Source of the DNA: Trichoplax sp. H2
Taxonomy: Eukaryota
Direction: 5' to 3'
Length of the DNA: 64,000 nt
Assembly: GCA_003344405.1 (NCBI GenBank)
Contig: NOWV01000250.1
Location: 1-64,000, forward strand
The position numbers and the translations under genes were made by a program. Below, one piece after another: positions 13,951 to 28,600 of this stretch. The notes beneath the pieces are model-generated. The model was not told where the DNA came from, ran no database searches, and saw only the letters and a list, made by a program, of their open reading frames with translations. Every line of letters begins with the position of its first letter. The first letter of the stretch is position 1.

Positions 13951-15210
13951 CTGTAAGGGATGCAAAAGAATGCAGATCAAAGTTAACGAAAAGATGCTAT
14001 GTTATATATACTACAGACAATAATGTACGTAATAGTTAACAGTTCTATAAATCGAGTCGATCTCTAATACGCGATAGCAATAATGGATTTAATTTACGTT
14101 GAGGCCGTTGGCTTACTAGCTCGAATTTATATCACTAATGTAGAACCAAATTCTATTAAGTGGCTTGATATTTCAAAATTGAAGCTACACTAGATCAAAC
14201 TATCTATATCATTATACGTACAATAAATTTATAAAAGAAACATCACTGCTGTCCTTCAATAATTTGGACCTCATCGAGTTTATACAAATCTTTTATCTTT
14301 CATTCAAAAGACTTGTTATCCTTTATGTATGGTACAGTACAGAGGGCATTAGAAGAGAACGTATAATTTGTCTCAAGAAATAGAAAATAGATCACCATAA
14401 TAATACTGTATGTAATAGTACCAGTTTTTAATTGTAATATTGAAAATAGTGAAATGACAAAGTTTATCGGTTTCTAAAATATGATGCAATCTATTAGCGA
14501 AGTTGATAAGATGTGTAAATTGCAATTTTTATTACAGCGATGATGATGCAATCTACTATGTTCTAGATTTATTTCAGCGTTACCATAATAATTCTGAATT
14601 CATCAGAGCATATTAACTATCTACCAATTCATAACTGTATATTAATCTAGTTTACAAATATAGTACGAGCACTATTCTGAATGATAAGAATAGTTGTGGA
14701 GTGGCAGTATGCCCCTCATTTCGAAAGTTATGAATTGATGCGTAAAGCCCAACAGTGTGCATCGCAACAGCTTACTACTACCTGTTCGAATCGTAAACAC
14801 TCTTTTACGAAAGTTTCTACCAATACATGGTTGGTATTATTTCAAAGAAAATTCAATGGTATCGCTGTTAGCGATTTCACCACCGATTGAGCAATGCATC
14901 CAATGCACCGGTACGCAAAGATATCATGCTGAATCAACGATGGCAATGGCAATTCATGCAAATTCATGCTTTATTGGCATATTACTATATATTCCGTTTG
15001 GTTTTGGATTACGATGATATGCAAAATTCTAGCAAATACTTACGATCAAGATCCGTTGGTAGTTTCGTGACAATGCTAACATGTTGTGCGTTGTCTATGA
15101 TAGCGCAATTTAGCAATAAAGGTACCGAGAATTGAAGTTGCTTTCCCGTTAGCAATTTTTCGACCACTCGATCTTGTTGAACAGCAGTTCCAATCGGAAA
15201 TTCTGAAATA

Positions 15211-16600
15211 CGTACAGTACAGTACTTCAAGCACTTCATTGCCCATGTGACCATACAGTACTGTGTACAGTACTTTGCTGTTCAGTCTTTCTTTCTTTCT
15301 TTCGGTAGCCGGGGGCTTGGACCACTAGAAGAATGAATACCTAGACATGACACTAGACACTTGTTTGGAAGGTCAATGAAGCGAGTACACTGTACACTAG
15401 TGTACAGTACGGACTGCTGTACACTGTACAGTATGTACAGTATGCTGTACCACGAATTAAGTCCTCCCCAATAGAAATACAATTTTTACCAAGCATTACG
15501 TTGCCCCTTTTGGGCCACCGTAGATATCTTGATGCTGTATATGCCATCTTCTGCTGTATATACTGCACTGTATTGTCCATAGTTTTGATTGAACAGTTGT
15601 GATAGAACTTTCAATTTCTGTAAGAAATACAGTAGTATCCAACCCATCGACAATAGTACAGTACAGAAAATTTCTCATACTGTACGTTTCTGTCGCAGCT
15701 TCAGTCATTGATACAAAGTTACATCGGCTGCAGGCATGCGCATAGTCGATCAAGGACTTCTAAGAGGAAAAGTTGTAAAGGAAAATGGAGAAGTTCTCCT
15801 CTTGGAAGTCCCTAACTCGATAAATACTTGATGAAGCTGTATTTGAGCTGTCGTATATTAAATTGTACTCGTCTTTACCGCTTCAAAAATTGATAGGCCA
15901 GCAGTGTCGGCAGGTTCAGCCATATTCACTAACGTACAGTACAGTACGGTAATGTCATTATCATTATCATTGCTGTTGCATACATACTGTATACTGTACA
16001 CATCATCGTCATCACTAGTAGTGATTCACTATAGTCCAGTACTGTATACTGTACTGTATTGTACTGTACAGTACAGTACAGTACATTTAGATGCTACGAC
16101 ACCGAACTGTGCGTCTGTACGTCTGTACGTCTCAAACGATTTGAGACGTTTCAGCATACAGTACTGTACTGTAAGATTCTGAACATTCATACTGTACGTA
16201 CAGTATATTATACAGTACAGTATGCGACATGAGCACTGAAACGGTTAATTCATCAAAATCTGTACAGTCCAGCACAGTACGAACGTACTGTGTACTGTAC
16301 AGTGTACACTGTACACTGTACAGATCCATGCTAAGTAGGCATTTTTCGATATTGACGGTCTCATCGGATAAGAAAAGTCCGTCTGTCTGATGAATGATCG
16401 CTTTTTTAGGTGTTCCTGTATAGTGTGTACTGTAGTTTATGACAGTACCAAGGACGGTACTGTTTTTGTACAGTACAGTACAGTACATGCGATTGCTACC
16501 CTACCGTACCGTACTGTACAGTACTGTACGTAATACTTTACAATACTGTACTGTACTGTACTGTACACTGTACACTGTACAGTGTACAGTACAGTACCAT
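15211..16600. repeat. Interspersed low-complexity (ACAGT)n/(ACTGT)n pentamer tracts forming short palindromes
   Basis: Numerous tracts such as gtactgtacagtacagtacagtac (16061-16084). Perfect palindromes at 15389-15408 (actgtacactagtgtacagt) and 16567-16590 (actgtacactgtacagtgtacagt). Confidence 0.9.
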
Positions 16601-16998
16601 GGTAGAAAAGCTCTGCAACGTTTCTTCCCTTAACACTATGAAACAAAGAGAAGTTGTTTACATCACTATGGAAACATGCCGTTGAAATACATACCGTCGC
16701 TAGCTTTTTTGTTGATGAATTACTAATATACAACAGGGCCAATCTCTATTGGACTTAGCCTACATGTTTTACAACAGTCGATATAAAGGAACTACTGCAA
16801 TATTAATCGCTAGTGATATCTACTCCCACTGTGAAATCTAGACTTTACCTGTTTGTCAGTCATTGGCGTCATTAAGAGAACGGGTACTTTACAAGCGATC
16901 GTTGGTAGAAGCAACTCTAGAATTTCTTCAACGCTCAATCATCAACTTCAATAATTTTCCTATCCAATTCAATCAAGAAAAACTCTTATTATACCAAC

Positions 16999-18675
16999 AT
17001 GGCTACTACAGAACAGCGAACACACGTTATTGCTGCAAGAGATCGAGGTAAAATCAAAATCAATCTTTCATCACTAGGCTTTTATCCTATCATAGACGTG
17101 ACAAAAAAGCTCCCAATCCAATTCTACTACAATTCTCATTTTACAAGGATAACTTTTCATCGTGGATACATCTTAATCATTTTTATCTTGCAATAACTCT
17201 TTATTGATGATAAAGCTAGAGTTTCTGTTTTCATTTCACTTGATTCAAGCTAGTTTAGTAATAATGAAATGTATCTTAATCGATTGAAATCTTGTGTAAT
17301 AGGACCTGGACCCGCTAAATATAGGTTACCATCGGCTATGGGTTTTCAAAGTCATGACTTGACTAAACGTTTAAGTCCTGCTTATTCATTTGGAACACGA
17401 TCAGGAATTGATTGTAAGTATACGCATTACCATTCAATTGCGGAATGGATTGTTATAGATCCAATAGAAATTGAAACAAATTATAACATGTTTGGATACG
17501 TCATCATTAAACCCATTCCACATTTTATTCCTTCAATTAAATAAATATGGTTATGACAGAAACCTTCTAATAGAAATTATCTTTCATTTGTTTCAATATG
17601 GGTATTCAATAATAGTATTTAAAAAAGATGCTAGCCCAGGACCACAATATTTCATAGACCCCAAATGTACTCGCCGTGGTAAGGACGGTGTCCCTGCATA
17701 TTCTATGCTCGGAAGACACAATTTAAACACGAATCAAAAGGTGCCTGGACCCGGTCAGTATTCGCCTGAAAAAAATAAACCCCCTAATGAAAGAACTGCA
17801 CCAAAGTATTCTATGGCCGGAAGAACTCGATTTAGAAAAAGTAAGAACTATAATGACAGGTGTTAAGTATTCATAGAAATGAAACAATGATGCAATGTAA
17901 TGCAATACCATCAACAACGCATAATTCAGCAAGTACCAATGCAGTAAAATCCTATAGTTCGACAGTACATCACCATTACTATAGGCAATATCACAGCACT
18001 ATAACGGTATACCAAAAAAAAGCATATTATCAATTACACTGCACTATATTAGGTAGTTTATATCATAGTAACGAGTACACTCGATCCAAACGATTAAGAT
18101 CGATTGACTAATTTAAATTCATTTTTAGAAGATTTACAACTTTATAATTTTTGCACTATTAACCAAATCTTCTATTATTCATTACAGGTGATTCTATACC
18201 AGCACCAAATTCATACACTCTACCTACTACGTTAGGAAGTAGGATCGTCAGCAAACGTTCATCCGCTGCACATTCAATGGCAGGACGAGGCAAGGCTGGA
18301 GGATTCTCTGAAGATTTAGCTAAAGCTCCCGGACCAGGAAAGTACGACCCTATCGCTCTTGACGTTAATAATAGGAAAGCTCCTTCTTATTCCATACAAG
18401 GTCGTCCACAAAATCACTCGTGTAAGGAATAGAACTTCATTATATTCGATATGTACACCGTCTTGATAAATTACATATACACTAAAAATTATGAAATTAT
18501 TACTATCTAAGGCTTAGTACACTACATATATTTTATATTAGCTGCCTCGATGCCGGGTCCCGGTGCTCACAGCCCTGATAAAGTTACAATTACAAGAAAA
18601 AAAGCTCCCAGCTTTTCTATGGGTATACGCCACTCTGAATTTGCTACGCCTTTAATTGTTGAAATTACTGATTAA
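16999..18675 (+). CDS. ODF3: ODF3/SHIPPO-1-like (CIMAP1 family) ciliary microtubule-associated protein; exons 16999-17047, 17303-17413, 17616-17840, 18188-18421, 18542-18675
   Basis: All GT-AG junctions are in phase. Repeated PGP motifs (RGPGPAKY, SPGPQY, VPGPGQYSP, APGPGKY, MPGPGAHSP) alternate with PAYS/PSFS-[FM]G.R spacers. The C-terminus FSMGIRHSEFATPLIV is typical of ODF3. Confidence 0.92.
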
Positions 18676-19604
18676 TAATTCTTGACTGTATATTACCAGT
18701 ATACTATTATAGCAATGGTATTTTTCTACGAGCAGTATCATAACACTATTATTAATTATGGTAGTAAAGAAATTAAATTATATATATGGTGACTAATTAG
18801 GCCTTGCTTTGCCTGTAAATGCATAAATTACTTATTAAATGGAAATTTCGCAATCCAAGATATCGTAAAAGAAACGGCCTTTACATTTGAAATCGTATTA
18901 AACTATTATATACCTTGATTGATCATGATGTAATTTGTAACTATAATTTGACATCCTCTTCCAACATCATACAAATCTGTTCCTTTTAAAAGTATCTATT
19001 CTTTATTTGCAAATTTTAATTAAAATAGATTTTCATCGACTATTGTAAAAGGCGAATTTTAATAAATAAATAAAATGTACAGCACATATTGAAGCGCAAG
19101 ACTTGATTTAGATGACAAATTTAATTTCTATAAACAGTCCTTCGGTTTAAAAATAATCGATAAGTGCAATACAGCATAAGTGTCCTATAAATGACGAATT
19201 TTACGATCTTGAATTACAAGTGAACGCCAAATGTCTTGTTGCTGTAATCTAAATCACTAACCGGATACTCATATCTACAGCAAAATGACAGAAATATTTT
19301 TTCCTACATAGTAAATTTGGCATCGATCTATAACTGTACAATATCTCTAGTGATACTTTAATGTGATCGCAAAACAAACTATGGTAAATTTCTAAAACTT
19401 TTACCACAACGCATTGAATCATATTTCTTTGATTTCTATACGTACATTTTAATATAGCTATAAATACAGTACAAATACTGGTATAAAGCTTAATGATACT
19501 GAATACCGTAGCATTTACATACTTAATAGGAAGAACGAATCGAATATGAGGAATAACTTCGTCAAAATATTGCAACATGCGTGTATGATGATCTGATGGT
19601 AGAA

Positions 19605-22600
19605 TTACATATAAGCCGCCCAGCCAATATACATCTGACTTAAATTGTTTACATCTGTGGCTTCCTAAAGGATTTCGATAAAATTTAAAATGTTCAATAT
19701 CGTGTGGATAAGAGATTCAAGTAAAAATACTAGTAAAATTTTCACCTTTACTAATTCATGAACTTGCCCTTCTACTGATAACGCTGGCCCCTTACTTTTA
19801 CTTGTATTCCCCTTTAGTCTATCTTCAACATCTTTTACTATTTTTAAAGCCTATAATTTGAACAAAGTATACAAAGTATATGCAGTTTAAATACATCCTG
19901 TAAGTACTAATTGTATATAAAAATGTAGGACTAGTTTCTAATACAAAAAAAATACTCTATAAAGTAAAACACCTTATACTAATATCTCTAGACAAGGATC
20001 AATCGTAGATTAAACAAGTAACTATGACAGGCGAAATCACAAGTTTTGCAAATGCTCATAACAATTTAACTCATTGCTTTAGTAATTTTAAAATTATTTA
20101 CAGCACGATTACGTATCTATATAAGCAAAAGCAGTCAGACAAAACGATACCATCAGTATACCAATAGCAATAACAATTAACTATATAGATTGCAGTACTA
20201 GCGAGCAATAATTATATAATCAATGTCAATGTTCTCTGGAAGACGGATGAGCACATGTAAATATTATTGTACTCGCATATGATCAGTTTATACTTGATAG
20301 ATTTAAATCATAAAATCAGGTATAGGAATTTTTTAAAGTTAATGTTGTTCGATATTCTTACCAATTCATTTGTTATTTCTGCATGATCTCTATTTGAATC
20401 GTTTCTCCTAATTTTTCCCCATTCGACCAACGGATCATGTACAAATGTCTTCAAAACACTAATATAAAGGTACTTCTGTTATATGATGCTTAATAAAGAA
20501 AAATACTTCCAGTGATTCGTATAGATCAACTCACGTCATTAATGGATCACACTGATTTCTCATAACCCTCATTGTAACTTCACAAGCTCGTCTATAGATA
20601 CCTTCATAGCCAGTAGGGCCCTATTTACAAATAACATGAGTGTAACTTGTTAATACTTAGTTCACTGATGTAAGTATAGTAGACACTAACTTACCATAGC
20701 GTCGATCATATTATGAGTCAGCCTAAACGGCACCACTTCTGGACAATCAAAGGTTTTGCCCTAATCCAAAATCCAAACGTAAAAACCGTAAGCAATAAAG
20801 TGTGCAAAGTTTTCACTAATAGATACTACAACAACAAAGATTACATTAGAAAATAAACCTTATTAAACAAGCAACTAAAATCAACATGAACTGCATCGCC
20901 GCTTGTAGAATCAAACAGAATATTTTCTCCATGCCTATCTCCAAGTCCTAAAACATAGCCAACCACAGACATGACAGCAACTGTTCTGGCATACGCTAAG
21001 CGACTTTGATACCTTGAAATCACCGTTTTAGTTAATCAATTAATATATTTATGTCAAGAGTAGCTAATCGGAATGCAACGAGACAATTAGCAAGCACCAC
21101 AACAAGCATTACCATGATATTGAATCTGTAAAAGTTCTTAAAAACCATTCATGGAATACTGGAGGATGACTGTGCAAAGCATCAAATGGTTATTTGATTA
21201 AAAATTGATGGCAGCAATCTGCATTTAGCAACCACTACGTACCGTGGTAATAATTCCGTTAAGAAAAGTTTCAATTTTCCCCTACGCATAAGTTAGTTAT
21301 TAGGCATAAGGCATATTAAAAGTATAATAGAAAATTGAAAACTCAAGATTGCAATATTTTATTCGTATTAAACCGTAGCCAAATCATAAATTTCTCAAAA
21401 TAGTTTTCTAAATTAATACCCTTCCATTAAATCATGAAATTCTTACCCATATTTATCCGCGTTTGCATCTAAATTCTTTAATTCTCTGCCAGTACATAAA
21501 ATGCCTTTCTCCCTATGGTAATTCATCATATTATTCGATATCATTAAGCAGAAATGATCGCGTATATAGTACTGACTTGTACAGCTGCAGAAGTATGTGC
21601 CTTAATCCTGCCGTATTGTTAACCCATTCTAGAATGCCACATTCCTCGTTAAGAGGTACGACAGCCTAGATCAAAAGTACGAGTAGTAAAATAGTTGCAA
21701 TAAACAAACTAGTACGGTCAGTTCTGAGAATAAAATTTTTAAGCTATATATAACTTAAGCCGTTACATAAGTGCGAATGTGGAGAGTCCGCCGTCGAGCA
21801 TCAGCATCTTTATGCAAATACTAGATAAAATAAAATTGTAAAAAATTAACCAGAATAAAAGAAAAGTCCATAAAATCAATTTCTTTACCTTATTAATAAG
21901 CGAATTGAATTCCATAAGGCGACTGTCTTTTCGCAGATCATCCTTTTGTATGTTTATTGAATGGAGGATTAATACCATAAGGATGGTCAAAATACAGTAA
22001 TAACAAGTTATAAAGTTAAACTGTTCTTTCTACTGACCTTAGGTTTACACATCATCATATATTCTTTTCCATCGCTACCGCGAATAACAATTTTCTTAGG
22101 CTTTTGAAGAGACATTAAAACATCAATCTAAAAGCATAAAGTAGTGACAATGATTATATAGAATCATAGTGGGATAAAACTTAATACTAATTAAGCACAA
22201 TTGCGAAACCTTATCTTTAAATCTAACGATAGTTGGTAGGTTATCTGGGAATGGACCAGTTTGGCTATCAATCTTAGATGATAAAATAGCTGTCATGGAA
22301 GATTGTAAAGGACAGATGATAGCGCTGAATGATCTACCATAAAAACAATACAGTTATTTCATATCATTAACCGTAAATAATACTGACTGTAATTAAGAAT
22401 AACAAGAATTAAACTTACGGATCATTAGTTAGTCGTACAAGTGAACGGCAATTTTCACTTAAACTTATAGTTGTACAATTTCTACTAACTGGCATATTGC
22501 AAACATCAAGTAATCTATCAAACAAGCATGTTGCGTCATTGATAAATTTCTCTAATTCAGCACAGTTGCTTTTAGCTTTTGCAAAAATTTCATGACATCG

Positions 22601-25600
22601 ACTTCTGCGAACTGAATAAGATGACTGCAATACCGGTAGAAAAAACGAACATTTACTATACAAATTGTAAAATACAATTAAAACACGTAAAGATTAGGTG
22701 GCAGTATTCTTTCAAATTCTAAAAATCTTCGTAAAGACTACCTTGGAAACAGCAGCCATTAACCAAATAGATTGCTGAGGGTATTCAACCATTAACTTAG
22801 CTATAATTTTCTGTACAAATTTGATAGTAAGGTAAGCATTGCAATATAGAGTATGAATAAAACAACAATTTTACTTAACCTCAAGTATATCAAAAATAGA
22901 AGCATTCGGGTGGCAGATTCGCGAAATAAGCTGAGAAAAGGCTGTAAAAAATTTATAAGGTGGTAGCTTTTCGATAGAATCCGAAATTATCTAATGAAAA
23001 CAATCAGAAATACGTTCATATACGTCAGAAAGTTTGCCCATAATATCAGTAATCTCATATAAACATTATTTAACCTCATCGATAGCTACAGCACGAAATA
23101 CAGTCGAATGGTTGCAATTACAAATACCTTATTAACATCTGATAAAACCGCAAGGAAAGTCTTGTCGATACTCTTAACTCTATTAACTAAGAGAATTAAA
23201 TAACTAAGACCTTTATGAGCCTGAGTATGTCACCAAATACGATACTTTTCAGGACTTACCCGAAAATTTTGATCCAATATCTAGCCATAATGTTAGTAAT
23301 CGAGGCATAGATTCGTAAATGAATTTGTTTCCAAATTGCAGAGACAAAGCGTAATGTTTGATAACATGTGGTATAAATTCTCTGATATATGAAAGATATT
23401 AGATTAGGTAATGCAATACTAACGGCGTTTACAGGGTTATAAATGTACTTTAATGTTGGCTAAATATGGCCATAATCACTCTGTTATTTTACTTACAACA
23501 TTCTAGCAGGTTTATTGTCTGGTACATATTTCATAAAACGATCATAATATTTTGCTAAGTAGAAATGGCCTAACTCCCATTGGTTACGTATTTCCGTAAT
23601 ATTCTATGATCATATAGAATAAGATAATGTCAATATGGGGCTAGACACATACTGCCATCACAATCTGTACAGTTTATTTAACCTTATATTGCTTCAAGAC
23701 AGCATGGCTATTGCTATGGCTAGTATCTTCAGTCCATCGCGCCACTAATAACAATGCTTTAGCATGGCCTACTTTCTCTTCAGATGGAAAGCTACCATCC
23801 TTATCTCCCCAGTCAATCATCCCACCCTCATTAATTCTAATATTTTTATCACTACAACAGAAATAGAAATTATTTCAACGCAGTACTCGATATCATCATA
23901 CATTCAAGTCAAGTCTAAAGTAGCACAGTATAGCAAAAAATACCTAAAAGCATCCTTTAAGCATTTTAACGCCTGGCTGCATCCACCCTAAATTAAGAAA
24001 TTAATAATTTTAAGTGGAACCATTGCAATCACTATCTCATTTTACAGACAATATCCAGGTATGTATACCTGTTTCCATAATAACTTTGCTTTTTCAATAT
24101 GATAACCAGAAAGATTGAAGGAACAAGGATTTAGTAAAGAACTAAAAGCAGTTTGTATATAGCCAGCCCTAAAATACAATCAAAATTACAGTAGGTATTT
24201 AAGATCAATAATAAATAATTGAGTTTGAGCAACTCATCGCTTACTTTCTCGCCTCTTTAGCACTTAGTAACCAGCAACTTCCCTGCTGTTCCTTCAATTG
24301 CTGAGAACTAGATACAAATATCGTAAACCTTAGACACTGTTACAACTAATAATGACGACAGTAAACTGGACTCTGACCTATTCCCAAATCCTAGCAGCAC
24401 ACGTCGCAGATTAAGGAGAGGTTCACGAATTTTAAATGAGTGCTGAAATAATACATGGAAACTTTTTAAGCATTTCCGTAAACATGACACATAGAAAGCA
24501 ACCTAACGTACTTGCGTAATTTGTAACCGTGAGTTCCAATTAGTCAATAACACTTGCTCATCTATCTTACGAAAATTGGATATCGAAATACCAAGGAAAA
24601 GTCGAACACAATCTTCTACTTCATGCAGCATGTGTAGCCTAAAACGAAATAAGTATATCTTTAACAAATATTTTACTTATACGTATGCGCAATTATTTCA
24701 TACATTTCAAAATCCTACTAACCGGACAAGACTATCATAACCCTGTTGCAATGATCCAGATTCCATAATAGAAGCTGAAAATGATTCCATTAATCCTTTA
24801 CGAACAATTTTTAGTTGTTTTCCAAATTCTTCGTGATTGCGATCACGAGCGTTTAGTAGCAAACGCCCGAGGCCTACGTTCCAATCATTAGAATCTTGAT
24901 CGCTACTGACAGAAGCGATAAAATGTTCATTTTTTACTAAGTAAAATAGAGCTAAAGAGAACCAGTAATGACGATATAGCTCAACATACCCTAAATAATC
25001 TTGTAAGCAATCCCAATTTGCCAATCGCCACGATGCTTCTACCCTATAAGTATTTAAAGCCGAAACCCAGGTCTCCTGTTGCGATATTACTCCATTGACG
25101 TGAGCTAAAGCTGTACTTAGTTGTCCTAGGCCCATCAAGCATTGTAATAGCCCCTATCACAAAAATTAATTATTTATTTAAAGTATATTTTCTCTAGCTG
25201 CTTTATAGTGAAACATCTAAAACAGCTCACCTTATGGTGGTTTAGCTCATTAGGTTCAAGTTGTATCGCACACTCATAACAAGCAGACGCATCACGAAGA
25301 TTACCTACAATTTAAGAATTTAAAGATTGGCTAATCAATGAGAAACTAAGAAATTTGTTGTGCTATGCAATAATAAGGATATCAAAAAGATTTACCTATG
25401 CTTTCAAACTCCAGAACCTGCTTGTTAAATGAATTCCTATCATCGCTGACAGCCGCAACGCCTGCGACACCATCCGGCTCATCCAGAGCGACGTATATCT
25501 CCTATAGCGCATATACAGTACAATATAATATAAAAAACAATATCTTAAAATAATAAGGAAAAATATCAACAAGACTAAGTATTGGCAGAAAATCACCTGC

Positions 25601-28600
25601 AGAAAACGTAAGTTTCTCTGTAAATCATCAGGATTATTACGGGCAAACGTTTCGAAATGCATCAATGCTCTAGCATTGGCTCGACACTTGTAAGAAGCAT
25701 TAGCAAGAATATCCTAGGTATTAGATAATTCAAGAAAAAGGAACTTACATTAGAATCACAATTGGAAGAAAATTTGATTTATATCTTACAAACCTGCGGT
25801 ATAGATTTCAAGAAATTAGAAACATCTTCGTGGTTAACTACCGGTAAGGCAGCTAAAAATAAATAATATATTCGTTAGCAGCTTTTTCAACGATGGCAAA
25901 ATTATTTACTTGATTCCATACAATCATCTTTCTCTTTCTTATTCTTAGCAGCCAGAGCCGCTTTTCTAATTTGACGGAACGTCCAATGAGTTAAATGATC
26001 CAATGCCGAAAAAATAGCCTGGGCACATATCTGACTGAAATCTAAGGTATAGTTTACAGATTAGTTAGAGGCACGAGAATAGAAGTTATTATCTCTTAAA
26101 TTTTACATTAGTATTATTAATACCAGAAGCATCATGTACAGATTCCTTATTAACATCTTCCATCACTGTCAAGATTTCCTGGCGAATTTCATTGACGTCT
26201 TTAGTACTGCTATCCAATAAGGCATGTATTAAGGCATGCGGCAAAAGAAATAAGCCCATGTTGCTGTCATGCTATATTCAAAAAAATAGCAGCCTAAATC
26301 AGCTATCAATCATTCTTATAGGTCACTGTATAGAGTAGTGTATGATTAGCATACTTTCAAGAGTAAAATACATGGAGTAAAAATATTGGATGACTTCTTC
26401 TTCTTGATTTTAGATATTAAATATGCTGTCCATGATGATACCCAATCCTTAAAGTTACTTCCTTTCTTAGAACGGAAAATTGGTAGTTGGACTGTCGACC
26501 AATCTGTGCTTGCCCCAGTTGTATATCTAAATTAAATAATAACAGTAAAAATCGTGCAGTTCTACAGGATAGTTGTAATAACTGGTGCTAATAATGTAAA
26601 CTAGGTACTAACATAGTATATCAATATAATACAAAAATAGAAGCTAACGAAACCTATTCAGAAATACAGTATCATAAGGCTATAAACTAAATAAATAAAT
26701 TTATTACGGATGATAATCGTACAGTTGCATTACGCATATAAGAATATAAATCTAAAATCGCAAAGAGTAGCCTTAAACCTAGAGTGCAAGTGTGGCCGTA
26801 AAATTTCCTGAACATTTTCCGGAAACATTTTCCAAAGACGTTGTCCAAAACTGCAATGCCCAATTATTTAACGCAATTAAAAACGAAATTTATGTCTACA
26901 AAGAATTCATTACTAGTAAGTTATCTTATTTATGTCCTTATCACAATTAAAACCTCGTTTCATTTGTTGAAGCGCAATCGAACGATTTCAATATTTCTTG
27001 AATTGCGTAAGCGTAGCAATCCTGCAGTAATAACGTAAGTATTACAAAAGTTATATCGATAATTGCTAATTAAATGACAATTTTGTTTAGAATTACTTGC
27101 GATCTCGTATCAGGCGCAGCAAGAAATCCCCGAGCTAATTCATTTATAAGTTCAAAGGCGAAATCTAAGCTATCGCAGTCCGACTGCAACCATTGATATT
27201 GTAGGGTATGCAAAACAGTGGATAGAAATTATAATAAACGATTAACTGCTAGATTTCGTTGTAAATAAATGAAGGAATCAATATCTTAGAAAGCGCTGAT
27301 AATACTGATTCCGAGTAACCAATTAGACTACAAACTGAATACGCTAACCTCTAAAAATTTTCTACCAAATGACGATAGTTCAGATACTTTCTCGAGTCTA
27401 AATCGGGCGAAAAATGTGGTAAATGATAGAGATACACTCTAACTACGAGAAGGTTATCAGTAATGCATAAGTTACCTGCCGGGATCAATGGCTCCAATGA
27501 TGCCTAAGCATTCACCACATAGATTACGCTCTTTGCTACTAGCTAATCGGCAGCGTCGCAATAGCTAACAAAATTAGTATGAAAATGTCAGCAAATGATA
27601 AAGTTTATTGATATATACCTTCTAAACCTTCTAGCTACATATAAAATAATGACTAAGTTTAATCTTTGATACCTCATTAACAATTTCAGTTACGATTGGA
27701 TCGGTCTTTTCACTTGATAAAACATATTCATGTATTTGACTCTGAAAACGGTAAGTTAAAATTATTATTAGCATTAACCACCATAAATAGCCTTGCTTAA
27801 AGAGTATACAAAATTACAGTGGCCATAAAGGAGAAGTGATAGTACCTGAAGATCGTAAAGAACTCTCCTTAGGTTCGATAAAGCATGCAATCGAACGTCA
27901 GCACTTTCATGGCAAACTCCTTTCATGATCTGGGATAATTTTTCTTTAGGTCCAATCTCACCGCTAACAGTTAAATAAATTATTGTAATTACTTCATGTA
28001 ATACTGTATATCTTACAATCGATTTTATATGTTACTACGAACCTGTTTGCTCTTTCTAGCTCTTCTTTTAAGACATTGTTTGCTTTTAACAATTGTGGAA
28101 CATCCGGTATAAAAGGTATTTCCCGAAAATATTCCTTTAACTGTGATCTGTAATATAGAAATCAATAAATCACACAACTAACTTTTTCTAATACCATTTC
28201 GTAAAATATCAAATAACCGACCTATTGTCCACTATTAAATAATCAAGTACAGGTGAGACAAATTCAGCGTATTTCTTCATCACAGGATATAAAATGGCAA
28301 TAATTTGGCTTAACATCGGACCTAAGCTGCTCAATTCAACACTACACAAAATATTATATCCGTTATAAATAATCGTAGATGCATTACATGTATTGATTTA
28401 ATTTAAATTGAATATCTATTAATCGCGTATTCCTGGCAGGGTCACAGTTGTACCTTTTGACAAAGCTATTCCACGCACGACACGCTAGGCGGAGCAATTT
28501 TTCTTCACGAAGTTGTAGGCTAGCCCTAAGTATAAATAGAACAATAATGGCCTTGTAACATATCAAGAATTTCTTGATTATTATTACGGATAGAAGTGGT

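Noticed and set aside
15211..16600. CRISPR-like alternation of repeats and unique spacers
   Set aside because: Units are variable-length microsatellite tracts with irregular spacing, the context is eukaryotic, and there are no cas genes.
15282..16742. Multiple overlapping ORFs rich in Y/C/T/V/L/Q/S (e.g. 15904-16182, 16132-16488, 16437-16742, 16439-16633)
   Set aside because: The composition is what translation of ACAGT/ACTGT pentamers produces; these repeats contain no stop codons, so the ORFs are not evidence of real proteins.
19249..19578. 109-aa ORF just downstream of the ATR stop
   Set aside because: It lies in the presumptive 3' UTR, is AT-rich and has no recognisable motif.
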